From: Podarcis pityusensis | Lineage: Eukaryota | Reading direction: 5' to 3' (one strand) | Assembly (NCBI GenBank): GCA_964106645.2 | Contig: OZ067045.1 | DNA length: 64,000 nucleotides | Shown here: positions 50,301 through 59,054 of the stretch, piece after piece | Position numbering within the stretch: position 1 is the stretch's first letter | How the letters are laid out: each line of letters begins with the position of its first letter | Translations under genes and position numbers: made by a program | The notes under the pieces: model-generated | The model's input: only the letters and a program-made list of their open reading frames with translations | Database searches by the model: none | What the model was told of the DNA's origin: nothing

Positions 50301-53300
50301 GCCAGGAAACATTCTGCCCATGAAGCACCCCTAACTTTTGCCAGCCTCGCTGCATCAAGCCCACTGCAATGACTCAACAACCCAATCTCTTCTCCAATTC
50401 ACTGTCTTTGTCTTGGAGTACATCAGCAAGCGGCAATTAGCAGCCACATTTCTGAGTCCAATTTCAGAGCCCAATTAGCTGGCCCAGAAGGGCGAGATGA
50501 AAGTTCCAATGTAATCCTGGGGAGCCAATCAGGGTCTGGCCTGGGGTGGGAAGAAGTGCTTCCTGCCATGCACCAAGAGCATTCCCTGCCACAACAATCT
50601 GTCTCCAGGTTAACTCCAATTCTAGCCTGTCCAACCTCAACATCTGAGCGTTGGGACATGTATTTTTTTTGTTTAAAAAAGCAGTGATTATTTCTAAACT
50701 TTACAAATGCTGTAGCACCGTGAGACACAGCAATGAGTGATGACTACAATTTGCAGAGCACTTCCCACATTCACACCATACATTCAAAGCAGGATTCTTT
50801 GGGGGAGGCCATATGCGTCAAATGCATGGTGCAGATAAGCCCATGAACATGTGGACTTAAGGAGGAGGAAGTTATTTGTGCAAATAAAAGCAATTACTAG
50901 ACAAAGTGTCTAGCGCTCCTCAACCTTTTCACGGGAGGCAATATTAACTGAACAGCTTAAACCTTTAAGAAGTTCTCTTCTCCTAGCAGCCAGGCTCATT
51001 AACAGCACCATACTGGGGGATTTTCTGACAAACTGGAACAACAAAGTGTGGCAAACTGTATTTGTGGAAAAATTAAATAAAACTGAAAATTTTTAGTTTT
51101 ATTTTAGAAAAATTAAATAAAACTGAAAAATTAAATAAAACAAGGCCTGAAGCACAAAGACTCATTTGGAATCAAATGGAACAGTTTTGTTTATGTATAT
51201 GGCTAAAAATGAAAACAGAGGACTTTCCTCACGTTACAAAACTTTGGTTAACTTAAACGGTTTATCACCTTCTATACAAACAGTAGTCTGGGATAAGAAG
51301 CTTACATTATTTGGTAGTTATTTTGTAAGTACTGCTTAAACACCAGCATTCAGATATATGTATGTAGATGTTATATGTTTGAATGAATTTAATGAAGAAA
51401 GAAAAGAAGCAGCAGCTGCCTCTTCCCGAGTCAGCCAGCTGGTTCATTTAACCCAGGGCTGTCTCCTCTTACTGGTGAGGACTCTGCAGGGTCTCAGGCA
51501 GAGAAGGGTGACCCCCAGCCCTGCAAAGAGACTGGTGAATATGGGGCTTGATGCAGGCAATGGGTGTTCTTTGCCACCAAGCAATGGCACTTCCTCCTTC
51601 CTACCTTATCTCGGAGTAAGAGGTATGATAAAGGAATTCTTATGTGTTTCAAGTTGTCAAAGAATCCTCTCACCATGGACCTTCCCCCTCATTCAACCCC
51701 CACCCTCTGTTCCTGCCAGCTGAAATAAGCAAACAACAACAAGGGGAGGATTATTTTTATCTGCATTTCGAAAGGAGTTAGACCTGCTGTGCAACAAGAT
51801 CCCCCCCCCCCGCCCTTGCACTAAATGTGCCAGGAATAAACAGGCGAAAGCCGGGCTCACGTCAGGGGGAGGCTGAGAAAATGCTGAGTCACGCACAGCT
51901 CTTGCGCTTCCTGCTCTGAGCAGCGGAGTGGAAATTTCTGCCTCGGCGCTGTGAATTCTTTCAGCACCCTGAGAACTTTCCGTGCCCACAGGAAGTCACT
52001 TGCCAGGTTAAATGCTGGGTGCATCTGAGGGACCACCAAGGAAAGACATGACAAAACCAGCAACACCTCACACCCTTACACAATCCCAGCTCTGAAATGT
52101 CCCATGGATGAGGACAGGCTTGCAGTCCCTGGGAAGGGTTAGGCCAGGGATCACTCTCACAGCATCTCATGAGCAGGCCGGACCCGGAAAAGGTATGGTT
52201 CCACTCTCACCACCTTAATGCATTTGGCAATTGAATCCTACTTCTAGCTACAAGCAACAAGGCCCCTGGGTATTTCATGCCTTCCTTCGAAAGCCAGCCG
52301 TGACCTAATGACACTTAAAATAGCTGCCTTAGATTTCAGAAGGTCTTTATGAAATTGTTGCCAAAACAGCTCACTGGAAAAGCATCCATAGTCCATAAGA
52401 TGGCTCAGTGGCTTCAAAGCTCCTTAAAGCCACACCTTCTCCATCCGTCTACACAAAGTTCCACGGAGAGCTATTTATATAAAATATAGATATTCTCTGC
52501 CTATCAATTCTGCATGCAGAATGTAAGCCAGCACTAGCAAATGCTTCATTTAAGGTTCTCAAAAGAGGGATTCTTTTTTCTTTTCTTTTTTAGGGAATGG
52601 AGTGGACCACATATCAAAATATCAGTCCAGCTGCAAGAGTTTTGCTTTTTAAAAGAAGCAAAAAGAGGAAGGCTGCATCCTGTGACTGCAGAGCTAAACT
52701 TCTCTGAGATTATTCCTCAGCCTAGCAAAGGACACTGCTGGTGATCCAGGGCAAAAAGGAAGAAGACTAGCATGTCCTTACATGAAATGGCCCAAGAGAC
52801 CTTGGTGGCACTGCTGCACGTTCCCATCTGTAGAGCTTCCTTCTAAACACAACATGCTTTTGAGTCACATTATGAATTAAAGCAAACCCCCATCTCCTCC
52901 CACTCCATTGATGAATTGCCGCAGCAGGCACAAAACAAAACGCTTTTGGGCACTGGGGACAAAAGGACAACAGTCAACATGACTTTTCCTCAAAAGCCCA
53001 CACTGAAAATGACATCCCACATGCTGTTTTCTATGGCAGCACACCGATGACAGCGTATTACATCATGCCATATTTACATGTGATATGGGATCCAAGACAC
53101 GCTGCTTTATTAAAGCAGAGTCTACCATCAGGAAGTGCTGTGGAAGGCTGAGCAAAGAGTTGGAAGAGACCCTGAGGATCATCTAGTTCAACATCCTGCA
53201 ACGCAAGAATATGCAGTTGTACCTTACAGGGATTGCCCCTGCAATCTTGGCGTTATCAGCATCATGCTCTAACCACACTGTTACAGCCAAGAGGGAACCA

Positions 53301-56300
53301 AGCTGTAGAGAACTCTGGAAATGCCTTGCAGGAAAACATGACTCACTTAAGGCACCACACAGGAGAACACTACTCACCAAAGCCTATGGCACAATTCCTA
53401 ATGCCGTTTCCACTACTACTATAGTTTACCCAGCCAAATGGGACAGGAACGGGACAATCCTAATGCCGTTTCCACTACTACTATACTTTACCCAGCCAAA
53501 TGGGACAGGAAGGGGACAATCCTAGAGTAAGGCACATAGGAAAAGGCAGTCAAGGTCACAAAACTCCAGAGTCGTGAGTGGGTGTGGAATTTCTGAAATT
53601 CAGAATCTCTTCATTTCGGAAGGCAAATCGCTGGTTCTGGGCTACCTGAATATTAAACAAAGTCTAACTACATTCTTGGGAGTTAAATAATAAACCTCCT
53701 ATTCATGAAAGCTTAGAAAACTGCAAAAACCCTTTCAAGTAGGACAATAAAAATATTTTTCCAGAAAAGCATCATGTAGATAGGGGACGTTTTATTCTCT
53801 GCCACTCAGAGCATCATTAGTTGGGCCAAGAAAACTCTAAATCAAGGGGTAAAACACTCAGATACTCAAGTGGGACACCTTTGCAAGAACTCAACAGGGC
53901 TGCACGACTATGTTAACCACAGAACAGCTTTGTTACAAAAGTTAAATGTCTTCTATGGCCCATTCTCTGTTAACCCACTTCCCTCCCTGTCCATGCCTTA
54001 CAGCACCACTTCTCTATTCTCCCTTTGTGAGCCTCTCTTTTCCCCTTTATGTGCCACACCATGTGCTTCTGGATCCAGGAAGACAAAAGGAGCAACACAG
54101 AAGTCATGATGCAAGCTGCATTTTCCTGTCCCCACCCCTTTGGACCGCTTTCAGTGGACCTTGGATAGCTCTCCGCGGCTCCCACACACCAACACATCAT
54201 AAAGGTTTGGAACCGAAACTTTCCTATTTTAATTAAACACCTTCCTAAAGGAAACATTTTGAACCTGAGCAATGAGTGAGGGCCAAACCAAGTATAAGCG
54301 ACTTTCAATGCAAGACCAGCCCTCCCTCGGCTCTGCCAAACTGAGGTTAGTGCGAAAAGCTTCACTTTCTGACCTCCTCACATGCAAAATCCCTTATAAG
54401 CAATCCTGAATAAAGGGTGTGGAGGGAAAATGGAATCCCTGCTGTTTGAGGGACAGCCGAAGTAGTCAAGAGGGTGGCACCCAATGCTCATCCTACTCAG
54501 AGTAGACCCACTGAAGTTAATGGGTATGACTAATGATAATTAATTTCAATGGGTGTACTGTGTGTAAAACAAATGTTGGACACAACCCAGAGTGTATGGG
54601 GGAGGCAGATGTGGGCCGACAGGTACAGCGACTGCCAATGGCTGGGAACACAAGTGGGCCTTTAAAATGCTAAGCCACCATCCTCAGACTGGACACGAAG
54701 CTAAGACTCTCAACCTGCACGTCTACGCCTACTCCAAATTTGAAACTTTGCCATAGAATTTAACACTTTCCAAGACAGAGCAACAGCTTTGAAGCAAAAA
54801 GTCCAGATGGCATGGTAAGATGCCTCAAGGGCAAAATACTGAATGGAGCTCCTCCATACATCTCAAGTTCTCAACGTGTTTTTAAGGCTCCCCATGAACA
54901 TTCCTTCTGCCCTGAGTCTTCCACGCCTTTGCAGGAGGGGCCTCCCCTGTAAGCCACAATGGCCCCACCCTAAATGAGATCTCCACCCGTTAGAAAAACA
55001 AGAGCCAGGCTTTTCCAGCGGGGCATCACTTAACCTTTTTTTTCCTCTTGTCACTCACCATCCCACATCCCAGAATCCTTTGCACCAGTTCCCTTGGATC
55101 TTCAAAAAGACTGCTGGCTCTTGGGTGGGGTGGAAAGCTTCTGTCCCTCCTCCCTCCTGGCTGCTGGAGCGAGAGTGAAAGAGAGCGACAGAGTAAGAGA
55201 GAAAGAAAGAGAGTGACAGAGAAAGAGACAGAGAGAGGGGGAGAGGGGGGTGGGGAGGACGAGAATGATGGCAGGTGGGTGGGGGATGGACAGGGGTTGG
55301 CACATCTCCACGTCAATGCTCCGTTCTCTCTCCCCTTCTACCAGGCTGATGGGAGCAGATGCATCCCCTCCAACTTCTCAAAATACTTTCTACACACCTG
55401 GATTGGGACGACCTCCCTTTCTACCTGCCTTTTTACAATGGGCTAAATGAACAAAAGCATCCCAGGGACATTTCTACCCATTCTTCCCCTACTCTAGGAC
55501 TAGGGAATTGTTGTCAGCAGAGCTTGGTACTCTAGATAAAAGGGTACCCATTAGTAGTGACCTGTCCTGTCATTATGCTCTCAGTGGCTTCAAGTGCAGG
55601 ACTCTGCTAATCTCAAAACAGCAATGTGAAAGGTCTGTGGACCAGTTGCCATCAATTCTCAACACCCCCTGCAGGAGACCAGCTCCTTTGTTTGACACCC
55701 CCCTCTCCAAGTCTCCTGTGAGGTTGCAGGGATCTGAATGGGGAAACCAAATGGATCTATGCAGGCAACCCTTTTTACAGAACAAGCTACTATGTGCTTC
55801 AGTAAGACTGCCTCTCCAGGGGGAAAAACGAAAAAGTGGAGAAATACGATCAGTTATCAGAGACAGGTGACCAATACATTTTCCTATGATCAGCACGCTA
55901 CACTCATGACAACATCCCAAAGATGAATGTACAAGACTTTATATATTCTTATGCCATGTATCAAAAATGTGAATTACTTTTGGTAAATTTAGGCCTGTGC
56001 CCTGGAAAGAAGCAAGAGTGCATATCCTGTTAACAACTGAGAATACGGGCAAAATATTGGTTAACAATTGCCTTAAGCCCTGAGTGGGTGAGCAATGGAT
56101 CCCCCCTTTTTGTAAGTGGAGGAAGCGGTGGCATTCAAAATTATCTGGACCCATCAGAGAAAGATCTATAACAAATGAACAAGAAGTGCCTCTTGTTGGC
56201 AGACAAAGAATTGCAAGACCTTCTGAGGCGAGGAGGACACCCCTTGCTTTTGTTTAGAATCAAACTAAGAAGACTAGCAGACTCTGTGCAGGGCTGACCT

Positions 56301-57814
56301 GCCAGACTTGGCCGTGACTTAAGTTCAGGTAAGAAATCTGGAGAAGGCGTTACACAAACAGAGGTGCAACATTCTGGAGTGACTTTCTGCGGAAGAACCT
56401 CACTGTACTCAGGACTCAACTGATAAATTCGTAAGGAATATTTGCAGTTTTTTCTGATGGTGGGAAAAGGTTGTGGCTTTCATCTCTCTTCTGGAACATT
56501 GGGGATTGACACAGGAGTTGGAGGTCGTGGAGATGCAGCTGGGCAGGGTAGCTGTTTCTGGTGCCCACAACAGTTACTACAGTAGCCACTCCACAACTTT
56601 CAGAGCACTTTTTGTCTTCTTTGGTTAGGCTCTTAACACACAAGACTACACAAAATCCTTTTCTATCAATAAACTTGGCAGCAAGTTTTGAGCTGAACCG
56701 GTGGGGTGTCATGCCTACTGTCACATGATGCACATGTCAAGTCCACTGGAAAAGGTGCAACAACTTGAGTGACTCATGCACTGTCTGGCTGGAGGAAACA
56801 GATGCAGAGGGTTCTCTCATGCCTGTATAAAAAAAGCTCAACCTCGCCTCACCCCCAATTCCTTCTTTACTAAGGAACCAAAATGGGGCCCTGCATCACG
56901 CTTGAGGGTCTGGAAGTTATCATGGGAATCAAAGCAGCTGATTATGTTCCAAGTAGGATTTCAAGCACCAGCTCATCTGTCCGAGAACCAAGACTTCTAG
57001 TCTCATGCAGGAATCTACAGAAACAAAGAAGGGGCCGATGCCCCCTCCACTTGTATGCTTCTGAAAGCTCCCACACACTCTGCCTTGAGGCATCATTGCC
57101 AAGGAGGCCTTGGTGCTCAGCAGCTCACTGCCTGAAGCTGCCACAGGTCACATTGCCTAGGCATGAGGCCCACCCTTGGACAACGCATCTGCCCTACCTT
57201 TGCTAACTACAAATACATTCCTCCTCTGCTTTGCCACGTCATCCCTCGTCTCTTGGAAACGTTTTGAGGAATTAAGTGATTAAAAACAAGTTATGGTTTT
57301 CAATTATCTAAATTCCTTGTCCACATGTATTATTTTTACTGTGTCCATTTTCTCTTTCAGCACATGCAATGAGTGCTGGTCAGAAAAGAAAAATGTACCT
57401 GCCTAAAGGCATGTTATTAAAATCACCGCCACTTAGCAAAAAAAAGCGCTTAGTCTGAAACGAGAGGCGTCCCTGCCAATTTCCAATTGAGGGGGTTGGG
57501 GTGGGGAGCGCCCTAAAGGGAACCCCTCTCCTCTTCCCCTATCCTTGGCCAGCAAGAGGAAGAGCAGCTCAAGTGAAAGTAGCATGCAGACCAGGGTTAG
57601 CACTGCGCAAAGCCAAGATCTCACCCACACCCCATAAACGTATAGAAAGGCAACTCAGACCTGAGAAGCAGGCGCCAAACCTTACCTGGGTGAGGCTTGG
57701 GGAGGAGGCATGTCCTGGTGGCGTTGCAGCAAGGGATGGGTGCCCCTTGCTTATTTCATGTGCAGAGTAAGGGGAGGGGGCAGAAGGGCCTGGCTGTCTC
57801 GCAACCTGCGTGAC
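5145..57814 (-). CDS. EIF4G3: Eukaryotic translation initiation factor 4 gamma 3 (eIF4GII), spliced multi-exon CDS span; 5' end probably outside window, stop codon in N gap
   Basis: 35 GT-AG exons join in frame. From the ATG at 47340 with all cassettes included, 5059 nt (1686 codons + 1 nt) are read before the gap. Peptides [34 protein letters not shown]4G, MA3 and W2 ([11 protein letters not shown]) match eIF4G3 rather than eIF4G1; the microexon is GGFRPIQ. Confidence 0.97.
6048..6194 (-). CDS. EIF4G3: EIF4G3 exon [15 protein letters not shown]...KLDQPP (147 nt), W2
   Basis: ttctag / GTAAGT, phase 1-1. Confidence 0.96.
7283..7364 (-). CDS. EIF4G3: EIF4G3 exon [27 protein letters not shown] (82 nt)
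   Basis: tttcag / GTGAGT, phase 0-1. Confidence 0.96.
7971..8117 (-). CDS. EIF4G3: EIF4G3 exon KLDFTE...IFDWVE (147 nt), W2 start
   Basis: ctgcag / GTACAA, phase 0-0. Confidence 0.95.
8376..8474 (-). CDS. EIF4G3: EIF4G3 exon SHKKVAALW...FLMEQ (99 nt)
   Basis: ttctag / GTGAGT, phase 0-0. Confidence 0.96.
8987..9068 (-). CDS. EIF4G3: EIF4G3 exon EFSKPLLP...LCKQM (82 nt)
   Basis: ttgcag / GTAAGT, phase 2-0. Confidence 0.96.
9865..9990 (-). CDS. EIF4G3: EIF4G3 exon [19 protein letters not shown]...RELL (126 nt), MA3
   Basis: ccttag / GTAAGC, phase 2-2. Confidence 0.96.
10148..10320 (-). CDS. EIF4G3: EIF4G3 exon EAMQCVEEL...QDFFK (173 nt), MA3
   Basis: ggacag / GTTGGT, phase 0-2. Confidence 0.95.
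10552..10667 (-). CDS. EIF4G3: EIF4G3 exon KPEIST...LHINDYK (116 nt), MA3 start
   Basis: taacag / GTAAGG, phase 1-0. Confidence 0.95.
10993..11351 (-). mobile_element. Sauria SINE (Squam1), full length
   Basis: 5' GGGACGCGGGTGGCGCTGTGGG, B box GGTTCGAATCC, (ACCTTT)n tail; 12-bp TSD GGACATAAATTA at 10981-10992 and 11356-11367. Confidence 0.93.
11469..11692 (-). CDS. EIF4G3: EIF4G3 exon [10 protein letters not shown]...KAKET (224 nt)
   Basis: ccacag / GTGAGC, phase 2-1. Confidence 0.94.
11930..11958. repeat. (TAC)n microsatellite
   Basis: Seen directly. Confidence 0.95.
12002..12119 (-). CDS. EIF4G3: EIF4G3 exon [15 protein letters not shown]...RALT (118 nt)
   Basis: ttgcag / GTAAGT, phase 1-2. 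Confidence 0.94.
12360..12675 (+). mobile_element. CR1 LINE 3' fragment (decayed ORF2 C-terminus)
   Basis: Translates as [30 protein letters not shown], typical CR1 ORF2 end. Confidence 0.88.
12740..12865 (+). mobile_element. L2-type LINE 3' fragment
   Basis: GRVFAV...[24 protein letters not shown] resembles the L2 ORF2 C-terminus. Confidence 0.55.
13320..13413 (-). CDS. EIF4G3: EIF4G3 exon PTIDEKIQL...KASEI (94 nt)
   Basis: tttcag / GTGAGT, phase 0-1. Confidence 0.95.
13625..13755. mobile_element. Short palindromic hAT-derived MITE (related decayed copy near 185-296)
   Basis: ttttgaactacagttccca ... tgggaactgcaatccaaaa inverted arms, ending catctgggagggc. Confidence 0.55.
13833..13927 (-). 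CDS. EIF4G3: EIF4G3 exon [12 protein letters not shown]...KITK (95 nt)
   Basis: ttgcag / GTTTGT, phase 1-0. Confidence 0.95.
14377..14509 (-). CDS. EIF4G3: EIF4G3 exon CNWVSRR...EKRRP (133 nt)
   Basis: ccacag / GTAAGT, phase 0-1. Confidence 0.96.
14865..14969 (-). CDS. EIF4G3: EIF4G3 exon PRMDQYF...IDLRQ (105 nt), MIF4G
   Basis: ctctag / GTACGT, phase 0-0. Confidence 0.96.
15459..15695 (-). CDS. EIF4G3: EIF4G3 exon PEERTRL...FEKAK (237 nt), MIF4G
   Basis: cctcag / GTTAGA, phase 0-0. Confidence 0.97.
15850..15996 (-). CDS. EIF4G3: EIF4G3 exon [10 protein letters not shown]...EASTT (147 nt), MIF4G
   Basis: acacag / GTGAGT, phase 0-0. Confidence 0.96.
16425..17441. mobile_element. Non-autonomous Tc1/mariner-superfamily element with 3 internal tandem units
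   Basis: TA|CCGTATTTTTC ... GAAAAATACGG|TA; units start at 16950, 17072 and 17226. Confidence 0.85.
17604..17801 (-). CDS. EIF4G3: EIF4G3 exon [15 protein letters not shown]...CLVT (198 nt), MIF4G start
   Basis: cttcag / GTAAGT, phase 0-0. Confidence 0.97.
18670..18840 (-). CDS. EIF4G3: EIF4G3 exon [10 protein letters not shown]...SIKTQ (171 nt)
   Basis: tcttag / GTGAGG, phase 0-0. Confidence 0.95.
20847..20957 (-). CDS. EIF4G3: EIF4G3 cassette exon [37 protein letters not shown] (111 nt)
   Basis: Strong pyrimidine tract + ttacag, GGG|GTAAGC, phase 0-0; same length and position as a recalled mammalian 37-aa alternative segment. Confidence 0.8.
21711..21830 (-). CDS. EIF4G3: EIF4G3 exon [14 protein letters not shown]...GGRGTP (120 nt)
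   Basis: atacag / GTAAGT, phase 0-0. Confidence 0.95.
22368..22501 (-). CDS. EIF4G3: EIF4G3 exon QWKP...YDREFLL...VVLDK (134 nt) with eIF4E-binding motif at 22443-22463
   Basis: ttacag / GTATGG, phase 1-0; YxxxxL-hydrophobic motif. Confidence 0.97.
23670..23729. repeat. (CT)n microsatellite
   Basis: Seen directly. Confidence 0.95.
23790..23890 (-). mobile_element. Decayed tRNA-derived SINE (Squam2-like)
   Basis: Reverse complement shares TTTGCATGCAGAAGGCCCC and CCAGTCAGTGTAGA..ATACTGAGCTAG with the SINE at 36723-37485. Confidence 0.65.
24053..24305 (-). CDS. EIF4G3: EIF4G3 exon PKAEVEPGG...CQYKP (253 nt)
   Basis: tttcag / GTAAGT, phase 0-1. Confidence 0.93.
25187..25275 (-). CDS. EIF4G3: EIF4G3 exon [15 protein letters not shown]...EAEPE (89 nt)
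   Basis: ttgtag / GTAAGG, phase 1-0. Confidence 0.9.
28949..29803 (-). CDS. EIF4G3: EIF4G3 large low-complexity exon [14 protein letters not shown]...SKKGPGA (855 nt)
   Basis: ccccag / GTGAGT, phase 1-1, open Pro/Ser/Glu-rich frame (ORF 28905-29720). Confidence 0.94.
32999..33107 (-). CDS. EIF4G3: EIF4G3 exon [11 protein letters not shown]...SDLKQ (109 nt; CAGCAG tandem acceptor)
   Basis: cccag|cag acceptor, AAG|GTGGGT donor, phase 0-1. Confidence 0.93.
33779..33901 (-). CDS. EIF4G3: EIF4G3 exon [18 protein letters not shown]...TPPQ (123 nt), PABP-binding motif
   Basis: ttccag / GTAACT, phase 0-0. Confidence 0.96.
34432..34538 (-). CDS. EIF4G3: EIF4G3 exon APFYPTPP...AKREKKT (107 nt), start of PABP-binding region
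   Basis: ccgcag / GTAAGA, phase 1-0. Confidence 0.95.
35027..35074. repeat. (CA)n microsatellite with CG core
   Basis: Seen directly. Confidence 0.95.
36028..36142 (-). CDS. EIF4G3: EIF4G3 exon YRHSGPPY...EFPNAY(G) (115 nt)
   Basis: tttcag / GTAAGA, phase 0-1. Confidence 0.96.
36509..36629. mobile_element. ~120-bp hairpin MITE, copy 1
   Basis: GGGTTGTATCCA ... TGGATACAGTCCC termini; internal CTCAGAG/CTCTGAG arms. Confidence 0.7.
36723..37485 (+). mobile_element. tRNA-derived SINE (Squam2-like) split by an L1 insertion
   Basis: Head GTGGCAGAGC..CTGCTTGGCATGCAGAAGG..GGTTTGATCCC resumes after 37379 with CCAGTCAGTGTAGACAATACTGAGCTAG. Confidence 0.7.
36803..37364 (-). mobile_element. 5'-truncated L1-type LINE with poly(A) tail
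   Basis: 15-bp TSD CCTGGCAGCATCTTC (36788-36802, 37365-37379); [41 protein letters not shown] resembles non-mammalian L1 ORF2 end; AATAAA at 36824-36829 then A tail. Confidence 0.85.
38111..38290 (-). CDS. EIF4G3: EIF4G3 exon FFQRPQ...QYCIPQ (180 nt)
   Basis: ctccag / GTAAGG, phase 0-0. Confidence 0.96.
38922..38942 (-). CDS. EIF4G3: EIF4G3 neuronal microexon GGFRPIQ (21 nt)
   Basis: ttgaag|GGA GGA TTC AGA CCC ATC CAG|gtaact; UGC motifs upstream and UGCAUG at 38896-38901 downstream. Confidence 0.93.
43165..43200 (-). CDS. EIF4G3: EIF4G3 cassette exon [12 protein letters not shown] (36 nt)
   Basis: Long pyrimidine tract + ctcag, CAG|GTACAG donor, phase 0-0. Confidence 0.87.
46365..46478 (-). 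CDS. EIF4G3: EIF4G3 cassette exon [38 protein letters not shown] (114 nt)
   Basis: ttgacag / GTAAGC, phase 0-0, peptide recognised from long eIF4G3 isoforms. Confidence 0.85.
47311..47406 (-). CDS. EIF4G3: EIF4G3 exon [32 protein letters not shown] containing the usual annotated ATG (47338-47340)
   Basis: Pyrimidine tract + cag acceptor, CCG|GTAAGG donor, 96 nt; corresponds to mammalian MNSQPQTRSP. Confidence 0.93.
53155..53280 (-). mobile_element. Short tRNA-head/CR1-tail SINE
   Basis: Minus strand TGGTTAGAGCATGATGCTGATAACGCCAAG tRNA-like head fused to GTTGAACTAGATGATCCTCAGGGTCTCTTCCAACTC CR1-like 3' end. Confidence 0.7.
53391..53524. repeat. Tandem duplication of a ~62-bp unit (2 copies plus a partial)
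   Basis: acaat(t)cctaatgccgtttccactactactata(g/c)tttacccagccaaatgggacaggaa repeated. Confidence 0.95.
54472..54588. mobile_element. ~120-bp hairpin MITE, copy 2
   Basis: CCTACTCAGAGTAGACCCACTGAA core, TTGGACACAACCC end. Confidence 0.7.
57686..57814 (-). CDS. EIF4G3: EIF4G3 N-terminal extension exon VTQVARQPG...HASSPSLTQ (129 nt, phase 0-0)
   Basis: ctcacag acceptor, CAG|GTAAGG donor, open frame; resembles the recalled upstream eIF4G3 extension ([20 protein letters not shown]). Confidence 0.85.
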
Positions 57815-58343
57815 CTGTGAGGAGATAAACTGTTAGTAAAACCAGAGATTAGTAAAGCTCCCTCCATGGGGGTTCATTTACATGCTGAGGCTACAGACCT
57901 GGGGAGGAAAAGGAAGCGATCCATCCTTTGGCTCACAAGTAGCTACCACTGGATACACTCACCGTCTCTCTGGCCACCCGTAAAAAAGGACAGGGAGAGC
58001 AAGAGGCTGCAGGAGCAGAGCTTGTTCACACGCCTTATCTTGCATCTCAGAACTTGAACACAGATGAAGGGTACATCTCCAATGGCAAAAGGGCGAGCCT
58101 TTCACCTGGTCAACATTGCCTTGCTTTGAGAAATCTTTAGAGCTTCAGTAACGAGAAGGCGTTTATCTTTCCTTGTAAAACTTCCCATTATTTCCCAATG
58201 CATCCCCGTCCTTGGCACATGCTCGGTCCGCATCAAGCATCCAATGGAAACAGGTGGCTGGCAATTATTTTGGAATTCTTGAATTCCTATTTGGCCCTGA
58301 GACACACTCAAAGAGGCTTCCCCCAAAAAAGATAAATCCTACA

Positions 58344-58445
58344 GTTTGTAGCCAATGCTAGTCCTACTCAAGAGTAAAGCTAATGAAGTTAATGGACACA
58401 ACTGATTTAGGTATACACTGAGTGAAACTTAGCTGGATGCAACCC
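58344..58445. mobile_element. ~120-bp hairpin MITE, copy 3 (decayed)
   Basis: GTCCTACTCAAGAGTA ... AAACTTAGCTGGATGCAACCC. Confidence 0.6.
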
Positions 58446-58934
58446 CATAAAATTGTACTGAAGGAGCACTAAACACAACCCTCATTGCAAGTCAAACAGC
58501 AGCACTCTGAAGCTGAAAGTGGGCAGAGAAGTCACTCAATGCCTGGCAGAGAAGAAAGACTGAAAGCAGGCCTGAAGGTGGTCTCCTTAGAAGGAAGTCC
58601 TAGGACACCTGATGATGCAGGTGAAGAAGCTCATCTTCCAAGAGGCAACAGAGCTGGTAACAGCAGCTCTCCCCATTTGATCTTTCACTCGCGGACTGGA
58701 GGAGCAACTTGGGAAAGGTGCTCCTGGAGAGATCCAGAGCCCAGGCTGTGCAGGGCCTGATTGGTCCAAACAATTGGAACAATTCAATATGAAGACATCA
58801 AGTTTTAATATTTTAAATCCCCAAGGAAAGAGATACTAATTTGAAATCACTCAGTTCAACTAACTTTCCCAAATTTTACTTTATTGTTATTATTTACTAG
58901 ATTCTGAGTAACTTACAGTATATTTAAAAACACA

Positions 58935-59054
58935 GGGTTGTCTCCAACAAAGTCCTACCCAGAGTAGACCCACTGAAACTAATGGCCCTAAGTTAGCCGT
59001 GCTTATCAATTTCAATAGGTTTACTTTGAGTAGGACCAATATGGGATACAACCC
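58935..59054. mobile_element. ~120-bp hairpin MITE, copy 4
   Basis: GGGTTGTCTCC ... GGATACAACCC termini with GTCCTAC/GTAGGAC arms. Confidence 0.75.

Noticed and set aside
53200-53280. tRNA gene (also the SINE heads near 520-595 and 11270-11351)
   Set aside because: Degenerate arms fused to LINE-derived tails; these are SINEs.
5313-57685. Intronic snoRNA like those hosted by EIF4G1 or EIF4G2
   Set aside because: No convincing C/D box pair with terminal stem seen by eye; an Infernal/Rfam scan would be needed to exclude it.
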